DNA from: Antedon mediterranea
Lineage: Eukaryota > Animalia > Echinodermata
Reading direction: 5' to 3'
NCBI RefSeq assembly: GCF_964355755.1
Contig: NC_092679.1
Location: forward strand, 2,138,201 to 2,202,200
DNA: 64,000 nucleotides
The position numbers were made by a program, and so were the translations under genes. The notes below the pieces were generated by a model that searched no databases, was not told the origin of the DNA, and worked only from the letters and a program-made list of their open reading frames with translations. This document shows positions 63,678 to 64,000 of the stretch, piece by piece. Each line of letters starts with the position of its first letter. Within the stretch, counting starts at the first letter, position 1.

Positions 63678-64000
63678 TAACTAAACGGCAAAACGTAATA
63701 CATTGTGATAAGTTTACGGTTTTAAAATCCACTTTTTATTCTATTATTAAATGAACACTGTACAATCATTTTATACACTCTTTTCTAATTCAATATGTAA
63801 AAGAAAGTATTCGTTCTAGTACATATTGGATTTATCTATATTGTATATAAAAAAGAAATTGCCAAATTGTACAAAATTATTTTTTAGAAACACAAACTAA
63901 AGAAAAACATCATTTCTAAGGAATAAACAACCAACACACGATTGATTGTTCAACCAAATAATAATTAGCAAATGTAAATAATTCGCTTTATTTATTTGAA

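Overview
AT-rich, intron-rich animal nuclear DNA. An invertebrate deuterostome such as an echinoderm is plausible, inferred from a Deu/Nin-type SINE and the gene style. Five spliced genes were assembled by hand with GT-AG boundaries and consistent phases. (1) A G2E3/PHF7-family PHD/RING gene (minus, 14596-7654, about 1484 aa) has no HECT domain and carries a ~1170-aa repeat-rich tail. (2) TRIP11/GMAP-210 (plus, 15560-28184, about 2490 aa) lies head-to-head with it. (3) A 65-aa spliced microprotein resembles ATP synthase subunit ATP5MJ/6.8PL (minus, 30081-29673) and is not correctly captured by the ORF track. (4, 5) Two tandem SLC29 equilibrative nucleoside transporters (minus, 44767/43085-33856 and 63101-53966) have near-identical exon sizes; the first has two alternative N-terminal exons. 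Non-coding DNA is dense with non-autonomous elements: two PIF/Harbinger-type MITE families (a young 179-bp fold-back element nests repeatedly in its older relatives), Kolobok-like, pogo-like and hAT-like MITEs, an L2/CR1 remnant, tRNA-derived SINEs and Penelope-type hammerhead-like motifs. A TAGGCCTA-rich tract follows the first exon of each housekeeping gene. No CRISPR, rRNA or intact transposase was seen. All homology calls are from recall, not database searches.
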